Source of the DNA: Halorhodospira halophila SL1
GTDB lineage: Bacteria > Pseudomonadota > Gammaproteobacteria > Nitrococcales > Halorhodospiraceae
Reading direction: 5' to 3'
Length of the DNA stretch: 32,000 nucleotides
NCBI RefSeq assembly: GCF_000015585.1
Contig: NC_008789.1
Location: 2,550,001 to 2,582,000 of the forward strand
The notes beneath the pieces were generated by a model. That model saw nothing but the letters and a program-made list of their open reading frames with translations, ran no database searches and was not told where the DNA came from. Within the stretch, counting starts at the first letter, position 1, and each line of letters begins with the position of its first letter. The position numbers were made by a program, and so were the translations under genes. This document shows, in pieces, positions 10,219 to 21,095 of the stretch.

Positions 10219-10791
10219 CTAGAACCGCACCCGCACCCCGAGGTGGAGGTTGTTGTCCAGGGTCTGATTGCTACCCCCGGACATGCGCAGGCGCAGGTAG
10301 CGGAACCCGAGGTAGGCGCTGGCCCGCGGGGTGAAGTCGAGTTCGTAGCGGATGTTGCCCTCGAAGACCCGCTTGGCACGCCCGAAGGCGGTGATGTTCG
10401 GCGCCACATGACCGCGGAAGACCAGCGCCTGGGGCACCTGGGCGGGAATGCTGATGCGCGCGGAGCCACCCAGCGCCAGGGCGCCAACGGTGCGCTCGGG
10501 CTCGTCGGCGTAGATCAGATACCCCTTGGCGCCGGCGCCGAACTGCAGCGGGCTGAACCCCTCGGCCGGCGGCCCGGTGACGTGGACGATGCCGCTGAGG
10601 GCGACGTCGCCGTCGTCATTGAAGAAGAGGCTCCCGCCCAGATCCGCATCCTCGACGTACATATCCTCGGTGGGGGGGAAATAAAGGCCCACCTCGGCGG
10701 CGTCGTCGTGAAGATTGACGTCCAGCTCCCGCGCCATCGGGGCTGTCGCCCACATGGCCAGGGCCGCCACCGCCGCGATCCGCTTGATCAT
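10219..10791 (-). CDS. Small outer-membrane beta-barrel protein (possibly YfaZ-like)
   Basis: 190 aa. It has a signal peptide MIKRIAAVAALAMWATAPMA, alternating beta-strand pattern, and a C-terminal aromatic residue (...LHLGVRVRF) typical of outer-membrane barrels. The specific family assignment is uncertain. Confidence 0.6.
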   Translation of the reverse strand: MIKRIAAVAALAMWATAPMARELDVNLHDDAAEVGLYFPPTEDMYVEDADLGGSLFFNDDGDVALSGIVHVTGPPAEGFSPLQFGAGAKGYLIYADEPERTVGALALGGSARISIPAQVPQALVFRGHVAPNITAFGRAKRVFEGNIRYELDFTPRASAYLGFRYLRLRMSGGSNQTLDNNLHLGVRVRF

Positions 10792-10859
10792 GCTCGTCTC
10801 CCCACCGGGTTTGCCCGCCTGCCCCCATTACAGGGCGTCGCCGCACCGTGGTGCAAGCC

Positions 10860-12203
10860 TCAATCGAGGGCGAGCTTCTTCTCCAGATAGTGGATGTCGG
10901 TCCCGCCGGCGCGGAACGCGGCATCCCCGATGATCTCCTGCTGCAGCGAGATATTGGTACCGATACCGCTGACCACGATCTCGGAGAGCGCCGTGCGCAT
11001 CCGCGCCAGGGCGCTGTCACGGCTCGGACCGTGGGTGATCAGCTTACCGATCATGGAGTCGAAATACGGCGGCACCGCGTAGCCGGTGTAGACGTGGGAA
11101 TCGACCCGCACCCCGGGGCCGCCCGGGGCGTGGAAGTGATCGATGGTGCCCGGGCAGGGCATCAGCGTCTTCGGATCCTCGGCGTTGATCCGACACTCCA
11201 CCGCGTGGCCCCGCACCTGGATGTCTTCCTGGCGCCAGCTCAGCGGCTCGCCCGAGGCGATGCGGATCTGCTCGGCAACCAGATCGCAGCCGGTGACCAT
11301 CTCGGTGACCGGGTGCTCGACCTGGATGCGGGTGTTCATCTCGATGAAGTAGAACTCGCCGTTCTCGTACAGGAACTCGAAGGTGCCCGCGCCGCGATAG
11401 CCCATCTGCCGGCACGCCTCGGCGCAGCGTTCCCCGATGTCGCGCCGCTGCGCCTCGGTGATCCCCGGGGCCGGGGCCTCCTCGACCACCTTCTGATGCC
11501 GCCGCTGCATGGAGCAGTCGCGCTCACCGAGGTGGATGGCGTTGCCGTGGTGGTCGGCGAGCACCTGCACCTCGATATGGCGCGGCTTCTCCAGGTACTT
11601 CTCCATGTAGACGGTACCGTCGCCGAAGGCGTTCTCGGCCTCGCCGCGGGTCAACGACACGGCATTGAGCAGCGCCGCCTCGCTGCGCACCACGCGCATG
11701 CCCCGGCCGCCGCCGCCCGAGGCTGCCTTGATCATGATCGGATAGCCGATCTCGGAGGCGATGCGCAGCGTCTCATCGGGATCGTCGTCAGGGACCGGGC
11801 CATTGGAGCCGGGCACGCACGGCACGCCAGCCTCCTTCATGGCGCGGATCGCCGAGACCTTGTCGCCCATGGTGCGGATGCTCTCCGCCCGCGGTCCGAT
11901 GAACACGAAGCCCGACTGCTCGACCCGCTCGGCGAAATCGGCGTTCTCGGAGAGGAAGCCGTAGCCGGGGTGGATAGCAGTGGAATCGGTGACCTCGGCG
12001 GCGGCGATGATCGCCGGGATGTTGAGGTAGCTGTCGCGGACGTTGTTCGGCCCGATGCAGACCGACTCGTCGGCCAGACGCACGTGCTTGAGCTCGCGAT
12101 CGGCCGCGGAGTGGACGGCGACACTGCGGATACCCAGCTCACGACAGGCGCGCAGGATGCGCAGCGCGATCTCGCCGCGGTTGGCGATGAGGATCTTCTG
12201 CAT
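10860..12203 (-). CDS. accC: Acetyl-CoA carboxylase biotin carboxylase subunit
   Basis: I chose the ATG at 12203 ([25 protein letters not shown]), which aligns with the E. coli AccC N-terminus. ATP-grasp motifs are present throughout. Confidence 0.95.
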   Translation of the reverse strand: MQKILIANRGEIALRILRACRELGIRSVAVHSAADRELKHVRLADESVCIGPNNVRDSYLNIPAIIAAAEVTDSTAIHPGYGFLSENADFAERVEQSGFVFIGPRAESIRTMGDKVSAIRAMKEAGVPCVPGSNGPVPDDDPDETLRIASEIGYPIMIKAASGGGGRGMRVVRSEAALLNAVSLTRGEAENAFGDGTVYMEKYLEKPRHIEVQVLADHHGNAIHLGERDCSMQRRHQKVVEEAPAPGITEAQRRDIGERCAEACRQMGYRGAGTFEFLYENGEFYFIEMNTRIQVEHPVTEMVTGCDLVAEQIRIASGEPLSWRQEDIQVRGHAVECRINAEDPKTLMPCPGTIDHFHAPGGPGVRVDSHVYTGYAVPPYFDSMIGKLITHGPSRDSALARMRTALSEIVVSGIGTNISLQQEIIGDAAFRAGGTDIHYLEKKLALD

Positions 12204-12212
12204 GGTGCTCAC

Positions 12213-12689
12213 TCAGTCGGAGATCAGGAACAGCGGCTGGTCGTACTCGACGGGCTGACCATTCTCGACCAGAACGGCGGTGATGACCCCGTCGCGGTCG
12301 GCCTCGATCTGGTTGAGCATCTTCATCGCTTCGACGATGCACAACGTATCACCGGCCTTGATCCGCTGCCCCTCCTCGACGAACGGCTTGGCCGTCGGCG
12401 ACGGGGCCCGGTAGAAGGTCCCAACCATCGGCGAACGGATCGGCTCGCCCTCCGGCTCGTCCTCACCGGCTTCCTCGGGGTCGGCCGCGCCGGCGGCCGG
12501 CGCCCCGGCTGCAGCCGCCGGCGGAGCCGCGGCCGGCGCCGGAGCGGCGTAGGTCGGCTGCGGCTGCGGTGGCGGGTTGGGCGCATTGCGCGTGATCCGG
12601 ACCGACTCTTCGCCCTCGGCGATCTCAATCTCGTGGACGCCGGACTCGTCGAGCAGCTCGATAAGACGTTTGATCTTGCGAATATCCAT
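12213..12689 (-). CDS. accB: Acetyl-CoA carboxylase biotin carboxyl carrier protein
   Basis: 158 aa. A Pro/Ala-rich linker is followed by the biotinyl domain with the EAMKM biotinylation motif. The gene lies directly upstream of accC. Confidence 0.95.
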   Translation of the reverse strand: MDIRKIKRLIELLDESGVHEIEIAEGEESVRITRNAPNPPPQPQPTYAAPAPAAAPPAAAAGAPAAGAADPEEAGEDEPEGEPIRSPMVGTFYRAPSPTAKPFVEEGQRIKAGDTLCIVEAMKMLNQIEADRDGVITAVLVENGQPVEYDQPLFLISD

Positions 12690-12709
12690 AGATCGACGAA
12701 ACCCTGTGT

Positions 12710-13156
12710 TCAGGCCTGACCGCCCATGCGCCGGATGGCTGCACGGGCCGCGAAGTCATAGCCGTCCGCGCCGAGGCCGGTGATCACCCCCTCGGCGATG
12801 TCGGACAGATAAGAGTGTTGCCGGAACGCCTCGCGGGCGTGGACGTTGCTCAAGTGCACCTCGATGAACGGCAGCGCAACGGCAAGCAGCGCGTCGCGCA
12901 GACCGACACTGGTGTGCGTCAGGGCCGCGGGATTGATGACGATGAACTCGACGCCTTCATCCGCCGCGGCGTGGATCCGATCGATGAGCTCGCCCTCATG
13001 ATTGGACTGGGCGCTGCACAACTGCACGCCGGCCGCGTCGCAGATGGACCGCAAGCGGGTTTCGATGTCCTGAAGCGTCAGCCGTCCGTAGCGCTCCGGC
13101 TCGCGGGTCCCCAGTCGATTCAGATTGGGCCCGTGGAGTAACAACAGCTTGGGCAT
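12710..13156 (-). CDS. aroQ: Type II 3-dehydroquinate dehydratase
   Basis: 148 aa. It has [20 protein letters not shown] and [12 protein letters not shown], and sits in the classical aroQ-accB-accC arrangement. Confidence 0.93.
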   Translation of the reverse strand: MPKLLLLHGPNLNRLGTREPERYGRLTLQDIETRLRSICDAAGVQLCSAQSNHEGELIDRIHAAADEGVEFIVINPAALTHTSVGLRDALLAVALPFIEVHLSNVHAREAFRQHSYLSDIAEGVITGLGADGYDFAARAAIRRMGGQA

Positions 13157-13291
13157 GACACGCGCTCACCCGACTCGCACCGCCCGCGATTCTGACTGAG
13201 CGCCGGAAGATTGTCTAGTTTTACGGTGATCCCGACACAATCCCGGCCGTTTCGCCGGGGATGCCTGCGACCGATTGTCCACGCCCACCGT

Positions 13292-13322
13292 CCACGCCGG
13301 CCGGCTACCCCGGCCGGCGTGG
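13292..13322 (-). terminator. Perfect 13-bp GC hairpin downstream of dsbD (candidate terminator or RNA-stabilising stem)
   Basis: CCACGCCGGCCGG-ctacc-CCGGCCGGCGTGG lies 25 nt after the dsbD stop on the minus strand. No U-tract follows on that strand, so terminator function is uncertain. Confidence 0.35.
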
Positions 13323-13346
13323 ACCGCAACGTCCCAGACCCCCCGG

Positions 13347-15176
13347 TCACCCACCGAAGGCCTCGCGCGTGCGCTCGGCAAACGCCTCGGCGTCCTTGAA
13401 GCCGGCCACCCGGTACTCCGATTGCTCCTCGCCCTCGCCGTTGTAGAACAGGATCGCGGGAGGCAGATAGACGCCGTAGGCCTCCATCAGTTCCCGATCA
13501 GCATCGGTCATGTCGGTGACGTCGATGCGTACCTTCTCGGCGCCTTCAAGGGCCGCCTGGACCCGGTCATCCGGAAGCGTACGCTCCTCAAGCTGGACAC
13601 AGTAGACGCACCACTCGGCCGAGAAGTCGATCACCACCGGGCGCCCCGCCTCGCGGGCCTCGTCAAGCAGCTCCTCAAGCTCATCGAGGGTCTCGACGTG
13701 CCGCCACTCCTCGAGCACCTGGGCGCGGGCCTGGGCGTATGGGTCGCCGGTGATCCCCACCCAGGGGCGCAGCGGGTCACCGGCACCGGTGACCGCCCCG
13801 AGGACCTGGGCAGCACCGGCTACCGCCAGCACGGCCGCCAGCGTGGCCCCGGCGCCCCGGGCCGGCACCGAACCACCGGTGCCGCGACTGCGCAGCAGCC
13901 GCCAGGCCAGCCACACCGCAGCCGCCAGCAGCAACACCGCCCAACCAGCGAGCACCAGCCCATCCGGCATCAGCCGGGACGACATCCACCACGCCACGCC
14001 GAGGAAGATGAAGCCGAAGACCTGCTTGACCGACTCCATCCACGGACCCGAGCGCGGCATCCAGCGCCCGGCGGCCGTGCCGACCGCCAGCAACGGCGCC
14101 CCCATACCCAGGGCCATGATGTAGAGCGCGCCGGCGCCCAGCACCACCTCACCGGTGTTGCCGATGAATGCCAGGGCGGCCACCAGCGCCGGCCCCGAGC
14201 AGGCACCGACGATCAGCGTGGAGAGCACACCCATGGCTGCCACGCCCGCCACCTGCCCGCCGGGCAGACGGCTGGAGGCGGCCTGCAGCCGCCCCTGGAC
14301 CGACGCCGGCATCTGCAGGTTGTAGAGGCCGAACATCGCCAGCGCCAGGGCGACGAACAGGGCACTGAAGGCCACGGTAACCACCGGCCCCTGCAGATCG
14401 GCCTGGATGGCCCGCCCGGAGAGTCCGGCCAATGCACCGGCCAGGGCGTAGGTGATCGCCATGCCCTGGACATAGACGAAGGACAGCCAGAGCGCTCGAC
14501 CGGTACCCGGCCGCCCGCCGCCCGGCTGGCTACCGACGATCAGCCCCGAGAGGATGGGGATCATCGGGTAGATGCAGGCGGTGAAGGCCAGCAACAGCCC
14601 GGCGGCAAAGAAACCGCCGAGGATGGCCCACAGATTCCCCCCACCGAGCAGCGCCTCCAGCTCGCCCATGGGGCCCTGGCCGCCGCCCCCGGCGGCACCG
14701 GCACCGCCGGAGCCATCGCTGTACTGTACCGCGCCGGAGGCGATCTCGGCTTCCAGACTGCTCGGCGGATAGCAGAGGGATTCGGGCTCGTTGCAGCCCT
14801 GGAACTCGGCGTAGAGCTGCGCCCCCTCGCCGACCGGTTCGGCGGTCTGCAGGTGCACCTGCAGCGTACCCCGGTAGATGACCACATCCCCGAAGAACTC
14901 ATCGGAGAAGGCCTCGCCACTGGGGTAGGAGACCTCGATGATCTCGTTGTCGCCGTCGCGCAGCTCGAAGTCGAAGGCGTGGCGATAGAGGTAGTGGTCC
15001 TCGGCCACATCCCAGCGAGCGACCAGGCGATCCTCGCCCACCTGCTCGACGGTGAACGGGAAGATCTCCTGTTGATCCACCATTCCCTGTGCCGGGGTGG
15101 CCGCCACCAGCAGACCCAACGCCAGCCACAGCGCGGCGACCAGGCCACCTCGGTCGAATCGCATCCTGCCCGTCAT
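13347..15176 (-). CDS. dsbD: Protein-disulfide reductase DsbD (thiol:disulfide interchange protein)
   Basis: 609 aa. The layout is an N-terminal periplasmic domain, a polytopic central domain (ACIYPMIPIL, LIVGACSGP), and a C-terminal thioredoxin domain with CxxC (EWCVYC). A GAGGG Shine-Dalgarno sequence lies 9 nt upstream of the ATG. Confidence 0.92.
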   Translation of the reverse strand: MTGRMRFDRGGLVAALWLALGLLVAATPAQGMVDQQEIFPFTVEQVGEDRLVARWDVAEDHYLYRHAFDFELRDGDNEIIEVSYPSGEAFSDEFFGDVVIYRGTLQVHLQTAEPVGEGAQLYAEFQGCNEPESLCYPPSSLEAEIASGAVQYSDGSGGAGAAGGGGQGPMGELEALLGGGNLWAILGGFFAAGLLLAFTACIYPMIPILSGLIVGSQPGGGRPGTGRALWLSFVYVQGMAITYALAGALAGLSGRAIQADLQGPVVTVAFSALFVALALAMFGLYNLQMPASVQGRLQAASSRLPGGQVAGVAAMGVLSTLIVGACSGPALVAALAFIGNTGEVVLGAGALYIMALGMGAPLLAVGTAAGRWMPRSGPWMESVKQVFGFIFLGVAWWMSSRLMPDGLVLAGWAVLLLAAAVWLAWRLLRSRGTGGSVPARGAGATLAAVLAVAGAAQVLGAVTGAGDPLRPWVGITGDPYAQARAQVLEEWRHVETLDELEELLDEAREAGRPVVIDFSAEWCVYCVQLEERTLPDDRVQAALEGAEKVRIDVTDMTDADRELMEAYGVYLPPAILFYNGEGEEQSEYRVAGFKDAEAFAERTREAFGG

Positions 15177-15190
15177 CGAGTCATGCCCTC

Positions 15191-15511
15191 CTACCGGGTT
15201 TCTTCACGTATCCAGTCCAGGAACCCTGACAGGCCCTTTTCGATGCCGACCGCGATCACCTCCGGAAGTTCATAGGGATGCCGCTCCACAAGCAGCCCCT
15301 CCAATCGGGTGTAGGCAAAATCCGACGTCTTGATCACCAAGAGGCACTCCGTCTCGGCCTGCGCCTCCCCCTCCCAGTAGAAGACCGAGGTCACCCCCGG
15401 GACGATGTTGACGCAGGCGGCGAGCCGGGCCTCCACCACCTCGCCGGCCAGCCGGCGGGCGGTCTCCCCGTCGGGGCAGGTGCACAGGACGACCAGCTCC
15501 TTACTCGACAT
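15191..15511 (-). CDS. cutA: Divalent-cation tolerance protein CutA
   Basis: I chose the ATG at 15511, preceded by AAGGAGG. The protein (MSSKELVVLCTCPD...YWEGE...YELPEV) is CutA1-like, and the cutA-dsbD order matches E. coli. Confidence 0.88.
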   Translation of the reverse strand: MSSKELVVLCTCPDGETARRLAGEVVEARLAACVNIVPGVTSVFYWEGEAQAETECLLVIKTSDFAYTRLEGLLVERHPYELPEVIAVGIEKGLSGFLDWIREETR

Positions 15512-15615
15512 CGCTGAACCTCCTTGGGTGGCTTGCAGGGGTTGAATTCTACCACCGCCGTCCTCATCCACTTAGAACCGGCAGGGAACGTCACCCGGGC
15601 GGGTGCCGGAAGCCC

Positions 15616-15643
15616 TTGACGGGTTGCAACCGAACGATATGAT
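15616..15643 (+). promoter_or_regulatory. Sigma70-type promoter of groESL (-35 TTGACG, 16-nt spacer, -10 TATGAT)
   Basis: TTGACG lies at 15616-15621 and TATGAT at 15638-15643, about 95 nt upstream of the groES ATG. The -35 context CCCTTGA also resembles a sigma32 -35 element, but no CCCCAT-type -10 is present. Confidence 0.6.
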
Positions 15644-15669
15644 TAGCACTCACGATAAGCGAGTGCTAA
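15643..15669 (+). promoter_or_regulatory. CIRCE operator (HrcA binding site)
   Basis: TTAGCACTC-acgataagc-GAGTGCTAA matches the consensus TTAGCACTC-N9-GAGTGCTAA exactly. It starts at the last base of the -10 hexamer. Confidence 0.9.
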
Positions 15670-15738
15670 CAAGCCGCCGAAGCCGCGGCGTACCAGACAC
15701 TAGAGTCCACGACCAAGAGATAGAGGGAGAGAGGACCG

Positions 15739-16029
15739 ATGAGCATCCGTCCCCTGCACGACCGAGTGGTCATCCAGCGCCTCGAGGAAGAGCGCACTTC
15801 CCCGGGCGGCATCGTCATCCCGGATACCGCGGCCGAGAAGCCGATGAAGGGTAAGGTCATCGCCGTGGGCCACGGCAAGACCCTCGACAACGGCGAGCGC
15901 CGCCCGGTGGAGGTCAATGTCGGCGACCAGGTCCTGTTCGGCAAGTACGCCGGCACCGAGGTCAAGATCGATGGCCAGGATTACCTGGTGATGCGCGAAG
16001 ACGACATCATGGCCGTCTTCGAGGGCTAA
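15739..16029 (+). CDS. groES: Co-chaperonin GroES
   Basis: 96 aa, [29 protein letters not shown]..., with a GGAGAGAGGA Shine-Dalgarno sequence upstream. Confidence 0.98.
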   Translation: MSIRPLHDRVVIQRLEEERTSPGGIVIPDTAAEKPMKGKVIAVGHGKTLDNGERRPVEVNVGDQVLFGKYAGTEVKIDGQDYLVMREDDIMAVFEG

Positions 16030-16047
16030 CGCAGCGCCAGCGTTTAG

Positions 16048-17757
<1,710 letters not shown>

Positions 17758-17790
17758 GCCGTCCGGTTCCCCGGCGCCCTGACGCCGTTA

Positions 17791-17830
17791 AGACCCCTGC
17801 TGGGCACGCCCCAGCGGGGGTCTTTGTTTT
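17791..17830 (+). terminator. Rho-independent terminator of groESL
   Basis: A 14-bp stem AGACCCCTGCTGGG / CCCAGCGGGGGTCT (one G-U pair) closes the loop cacgc and is followed by TTTGTTTT. It lies 34 nt after the groEL stop. Confidence 0.85.
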
Positions 17831-17873
17831 TGTACAATACGAGCAATCGGCACAGGCTCACCACGGGGCAACA

Positions 17874-18551
17874 GTGATGATGACCACTCAAAAGGCCGCA
17901 AGACGTATCCTGGGTACTAGCGCGGAGCTCTGGGTCAACCCCCAACGCATCTCGCAGCACCGGGGGAGCAAACACCCCTATACCGCGGTCATCCGTGCTC
18001 GGTACAACACCAAGCTACGTCGGCCGATCACATGGCTCAGCCGGAAATGGCACCCGTTCTTCCTGAAGCATTCCTGGTTACCAGAAGGCACCCCCATTGA
18101 GGCGGAGCCCAAGTACCGACGTATCGCGGACTTGATCGAGAAAAAAAGCAATTACCGCGAGAGCGAGTGGTACGTGAAGTTGCGCGAGGAGGTACGAACT
18201 CGGGGATCGGCGCGTTACAAATTCCGAAGGATGCGAACCGAGGCGTGCGTAGATGCGTTTTTCCAAGAGCATGTGCTGCCCTTGATCATGACCATGGAGC
18301 GGGATGGTTATCAGGCTAATCCCAGGGACGAGCATGGGACTGTCCTCGTCGGTGAAGATGGCTGCCTCTACAAGACTGGCGGCGGCAGTCACCGTTTCTA
18401 CGTTGCTCGCCTGGTTGGGGTGAACCGTCTACCAGTGGCCGTCATTGGCGTTCACGAGGAGTGGGCCCGCGCGCATGGAATTGCTTGCGAACGCAGTGGG
18501 TTACAACAATTGCCCCCATTACTTCGCAACCTTGAGCAAAGATACGCATAG
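17874..18551 (+). CDS. Hypothetical protein (ORFan-like), with a C-terminal region resembling the ParB/sulfiredoxin fold (GGxHR motif)
   Basis: 225 aa. Three consecutive start codons (GTG ATG ATG) lie at 17874-17882. Coding is supported by ORF length and non-repetitive composition. The segment GEDGCLYKTGGGSHRFYVARLVGVNRLPVAVIGV resembles the ParB/Srx core (compare sulfiredoxin FGGCHRYAA...IP). Codon usage is atypical for this window. Confidence 0.55.
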   Translation: MMMTTQKAARRILGTSAELWVNPQRISQHRGSKHPYTAVIRARYNTKLRRPITWLSRKWHPFFLKHSWLPEGTPIEAEPKYRRIADLIEKKSNYRESEWYVKLREEVRTRGSARYKFRRMRTEACVDAFFQEHVLPLIMTMERDGYQANPRDEHGTVLVGEDGCLYKTGGGSHRFYVARLVGVNRLPVAVIGVHEEWARAHGIACERSGLQQLPPLLRNLEQRYA

Positions 18552-18561
18552 GATAGGTAGA

Positions 18562-19533
18562 GTGACCCCCACAAAGCCCCAGCAACCCCAGAAGAAAAAG
18601 AAGAAAAAAGCCTCATCCAACCCTCGACACCCACGCTACTGGCCGACTTGGGTGGGACTTGGCGTGATGCGGCTGCTTGCCCTTCTCCCGATTCCGTTGA
18701 TTGGGCGCATCGGTGACGGGCTCGGAATGTTGCTGTGGGTTGCCGTCCCGCCGCGACGGCATATCGTCCGCACGAATCTTGGGCTCGCCTTCCCGGATCG
18801 TTCGCTCGCCGAGCGAAGGCGGCTCGAGCGGGCCCACTTCCGCTCCGCAGCACGGGGCATGCTTGAGGGGGCTCTGGCCTGGTGGGCATCCATCGAGCGC
18901 CTTGCCCCCTACTACACCATTGAGGGCCTGGAAAACATCGAAGTCGCCCGGCGGGCCGGACGAGGCGTGATCCTGCTGATGCCGCACTACACCACCATGG
19001 AGATGTGCGGAAAGATCATCGGTCACCACGTCCCGGATTTCCACCCCGTCTACAAACCCACCAAGGACCCTGCCTTCAACACCGCGATGGTGCGCATCCG
19101 GAGCACCGGGGTCGCGGGGCTGCTGGTCAACGACGACATGCGGGGGATCCTGCGCGTTCTGCGTAACGGTCAGGTGATCTGGTACGCACCCGACCAGGAC
19201 TTCGGACGCCGTGGCTGCGTCTTTGCGCCCTTTATGGGCGTAGCCACCAGCACCCTGACGACGACCGCGCGCCTGGCTCAGCGCTCAGGCGCTCCGCTCG
19301 TGCCGCTGCACTGTGAACGCTTGCCCGGGAACCGCTGGCACGTGCGTGCCGACACCCCACTGGAAGGGTTTCCGAGCGGCGATGACGAAAAAGATGCAAC
19401 CCGCATCAACTCGGTCATCGAGGCCCAGGTCCGGCAGGCGCCGGAGCAGTACCTGTGGCTGCACCGCCGCTTCAAGACGCGCCCCGACCCCGACGCCCCC
19501 AACCCCTACACCCGGCCAGGGCGCAGGCGCTAG
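18562..19533 (+). CDS. lpxL: Lipid A biosynthesis lauroyl (Kdo2-lipid IVA) acyltransferase, LpxL/HtrB family
   Basis: The protein matches E. coli LpxL along its length (HPRYWPTW..., YAPDQDFGRRGCVFAPF, APEQYLWLHRRFKTRPD). I chose the in-frame GTG at 18562, just after the upstream gene's stop. No other start codon lies between it and the conserved HPRYW, so the unusual QKKKKKKA segment (18589-18612) is translated. The alternative ATGs at 18445 and 18475 would overlap the upstream CDS. Confidence 0.85.
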   Translation: MTPTKPQQPQKKKKKKASSNPRHPRYWPTWVGLGVMRLLALLPIPLIGRIGDGLGMLLWVAVPPRRHIVRTNLGLAFPDRSLAERRRLERAHFRSAARGMLEGALAWWASIERLAPYYTIEGLENIEVARRAGRGVILLMPHYTTMEMCGKIIGHHVPDFHPVYKPTKDPAFNTAMVRIRSTGVAGLLVNDDMRGILRVLRNGQVIWYAPDQDFGRRGCVFAPFMGVATSTLTTTARLAQRSGAPLVPLHCERLPGNRWHVRADTPLEGFPSGDDEKDATRINSVIEAQVRQAPEQYLWLHRRFKTRPDPDAPNPYTRPGRRR

Positions 19534-20018
19534 TCGGCCAGGGGCACGGAACGGCGGATGGAGGGGTGGCCGGTAAAGCCGGCCCACAGGTCGCGGAAGC
19601 ACTCGCCGTTGAGCGGGTGGCGGGCCTCGGGGGCCAGTTCGGCCAGCGGTCGGAGGACGAAGTCGAACTGGAGGATCTCGCCCCGGGGCAGGGTGACCGG
19701 ATCGCCGTCGATGACCGCATCCCCCCAGAGCAGCAGGTCCAGATCGAGGGTCCGCGCCGAGAACTTCCCGCCGGCACGGTGCCGGCCGTGGGCGTCTTCC
19801 AGCTCGCGCAGGGTGTCGAGGACGTCCTCCAGCGACTCCTCGGCCCGGAAGCTAGCCACCAGGTTGTAGAAGTCCTCGCCCTCGAAGCCCACCGCCGCCG
19901 TCTCGTAGACGGTGGAGAAGACCATGTCCGGCCAGCGCACGCGCAGTTCCGCCATGGCCGAACGGATGTTGCGGTCGCGATCGATGTTGCTGCCGATGCT
20001 CAGATACGCCTGTCTCAA
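19530..20018 (-). CDS. folK: 2-amino-4-hydroxy-6-hydroxymethyldihydropteridine diphosphokinase (HPPK)
   Basis: AYLSIGSNI..., TLDLDLLLWGD and PLAELAP are typical HPPK segments. I propose the TTG start at 20018-20016, which gives (M)RQAYLSIGSNI and aligns with E. coli MTVAYIAIGSNL. It overlaps the folB stop as TTGA. The track's ATG at 20102 would add an Arg-rich extension inside folB. Confidence 0.8.
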   Translation of the reverse strand: MRQAYLSIGSNIDRDRNIRSAMAELRVRWPDMVFSTVYETAAVGFEGEDFYNLVASFRAEESLEDVLDTLRELEDAHGRHRAGGKFSARTLDLDLLLWGDAVIDGDPVTLPRGEILQFDFVLRPLAELAPEARHPLNGECFRDLWAGFTGHPSIRRSVPLAD

Positions 20019-20371
20019 CGCCGCTCGCCTCGCTCGATGGTCACGCCTACGTCGTCCGCGCCGCGCAGCGCGCCGGGCTTGCTCACCGAGAGCCGCAGCC
20101 ACGCCACGCCGAACTCGTCGCGAACGATCTTCGCCACTTCCTCGGCCAGCGTCTCCACGAGCAGGAACTCACTCTCCCCGACGAACCCGATGATCCGCTT
20201 GCCGATGGCCTTGTAATCGAGGGCGTCGTCGATGGAGTCGGTAGCCGCAGCCCGAGCGACGTCGGCGGACATCTCCAGGTCAATACGCACCCGCTGGCGG
20301 ATGCGCCGTTCCCACTCGAAGATGCCGATGACGGTCTCGACCTGCAGGCCGCGAATGAAGACGGTATCCAT
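20015..20371 (-). CDS. folB: Dihydroneopterin aldolase
   Basis: I chose the ATG at 20371 (MDTVFIRGLQVETVIGIFEWER...), giving 118 aa of typical FolB. The upstream part of the 247-aa track ORF is antisense to the neighbouring gene. Confidence 0.9.
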   Translation of the reverse strand: MDTVFIRGLQVETVIGIFEWERRIRQRVRIDLEMSADVARAAATDSIDDALDYKAIGKRIIGFVGESEFLLVETLAEEVAKIVRDEFGVAWLRLSVSKPGALRGADDVGVTIERGERR

Positions 20372-20515
20372 GGGCGCACAGTCTCCGGTTGCAGATGGCA
20401 ACTTGCAAGCCGCGTCAGCACCCCCGCCCCGGCCACGACACTCAACAGCGGCTAGAAGCAACCCGGCGGCAATGGTATTATTCGGCCATTTCCGACACCC
20501 GGCGGGCAGGAACGC

Positions 20516-21082
20516 ATGAATCTCCATCCCCAGAGCCTCTACAATTCCGTCGTTCACGAACGGCACAAGGCGCGCCAGGCGCTCGGCATTCTGCTGCTGA
20601 TTGTCATTGTCACCTTCAGCGCCCCCACCGTGGGCTGGCTCTACACCCTGGGTGCGATCGTCGGCGGCGCGGGCATCCTCTTCCGGCTGTGGGCGGCCGG
20701 CTACCTGAGTAAGGACAAGGAGCTGGCCCAAGATGGCCCCTATGCCCTGGTGCGCCACCCGCTGTACGTCGGCAACTTTCTGATCATCGGCGGCTTCCTC
20801 ATGGCCGGCCAGGTCCTCTGGCTGGTGCCGGTGGCCATCGCCTTCGCCATCCTCTACTACCCGCCGGCGATCCAGAAGGAAGACGCCAAACTGCGCAAGA
20901 AATTCCCCGAGCAGTGGGAACCGTGGTACGCCAAGACCTCGGCACTGATCCCCAAGCTCAACCCGGATCGCCCCCTGAACGTCACCCGCTGGTCGTTCCG
21001 CCAGAGCCTGCAGCCCAACGGTGAGCCGATCATCGCCACGCTACTCACCATCGGGCTGATCATTATGGGGATGCGCCTGTAG
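20516..21082 (+). CDS. Membrane methyltransferase of the isoprenylcysteine carboxyl methyltransferase (ICMT/Ste14/PEMT) family
   Basis: 188 aa with several hydrophobic helices. The family signature GPYALVRHPLYVGNFL is followed by ...YYPPAIQKEDAKLRKKF. An AGGAA Shine-Dalgarno sequence precedes the ATG. Confidence 0.75.
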   Translation: MNLHPQSLYNSVVHERHKARQALGILLLIVIVTFSAPTVGWLYTLGAIVGGAGILFRLWAAGYLSKDKELAQDGPYALVRHPLYVGNFLIIGGFLMAGQVLWLVPVAIAFAILYYPPAIQKEDAKLRKKFPEQWEPWYAKTSALIPKLNPDRPLNVTRWSFRQSLQPNGEPIIATLLTIGLIIMGMRL

Positions 21083-21095
21083 CAAAGAGCGGCTA

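Noticed and set aside
15613-15643. A sigma32 heat-shock promoter for groESL, suggested by the CCCTTGA -35-like element.
   Set aside because: No CCCCATnT-type -10 lies at the appropriate spacing. The downstream hexamer TATGAT at 16 nt fits sigma70. I kept this only as a caveat in the promoter call.
18589-18612. The A-rich run CAGAAGAAAAAGAAGAAAAAAGCC (encoding QKKKKKKA) at the 5' end of lpxL might be a programmed frameshift, transcriptional-slippage or phase-variation site.
   Set aside because: The longest homopolymer is only 6 A. In the lpxL frame the sequence does not form a canonical X XXY YYZ heptamer, because G precedes the AAA codons. No downstream stimulatory structure or alternative-frame ORF of interest is evident. 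It is more simply a basic, membrane-proximal N-terminal tail, though it is unusual for this GC content.
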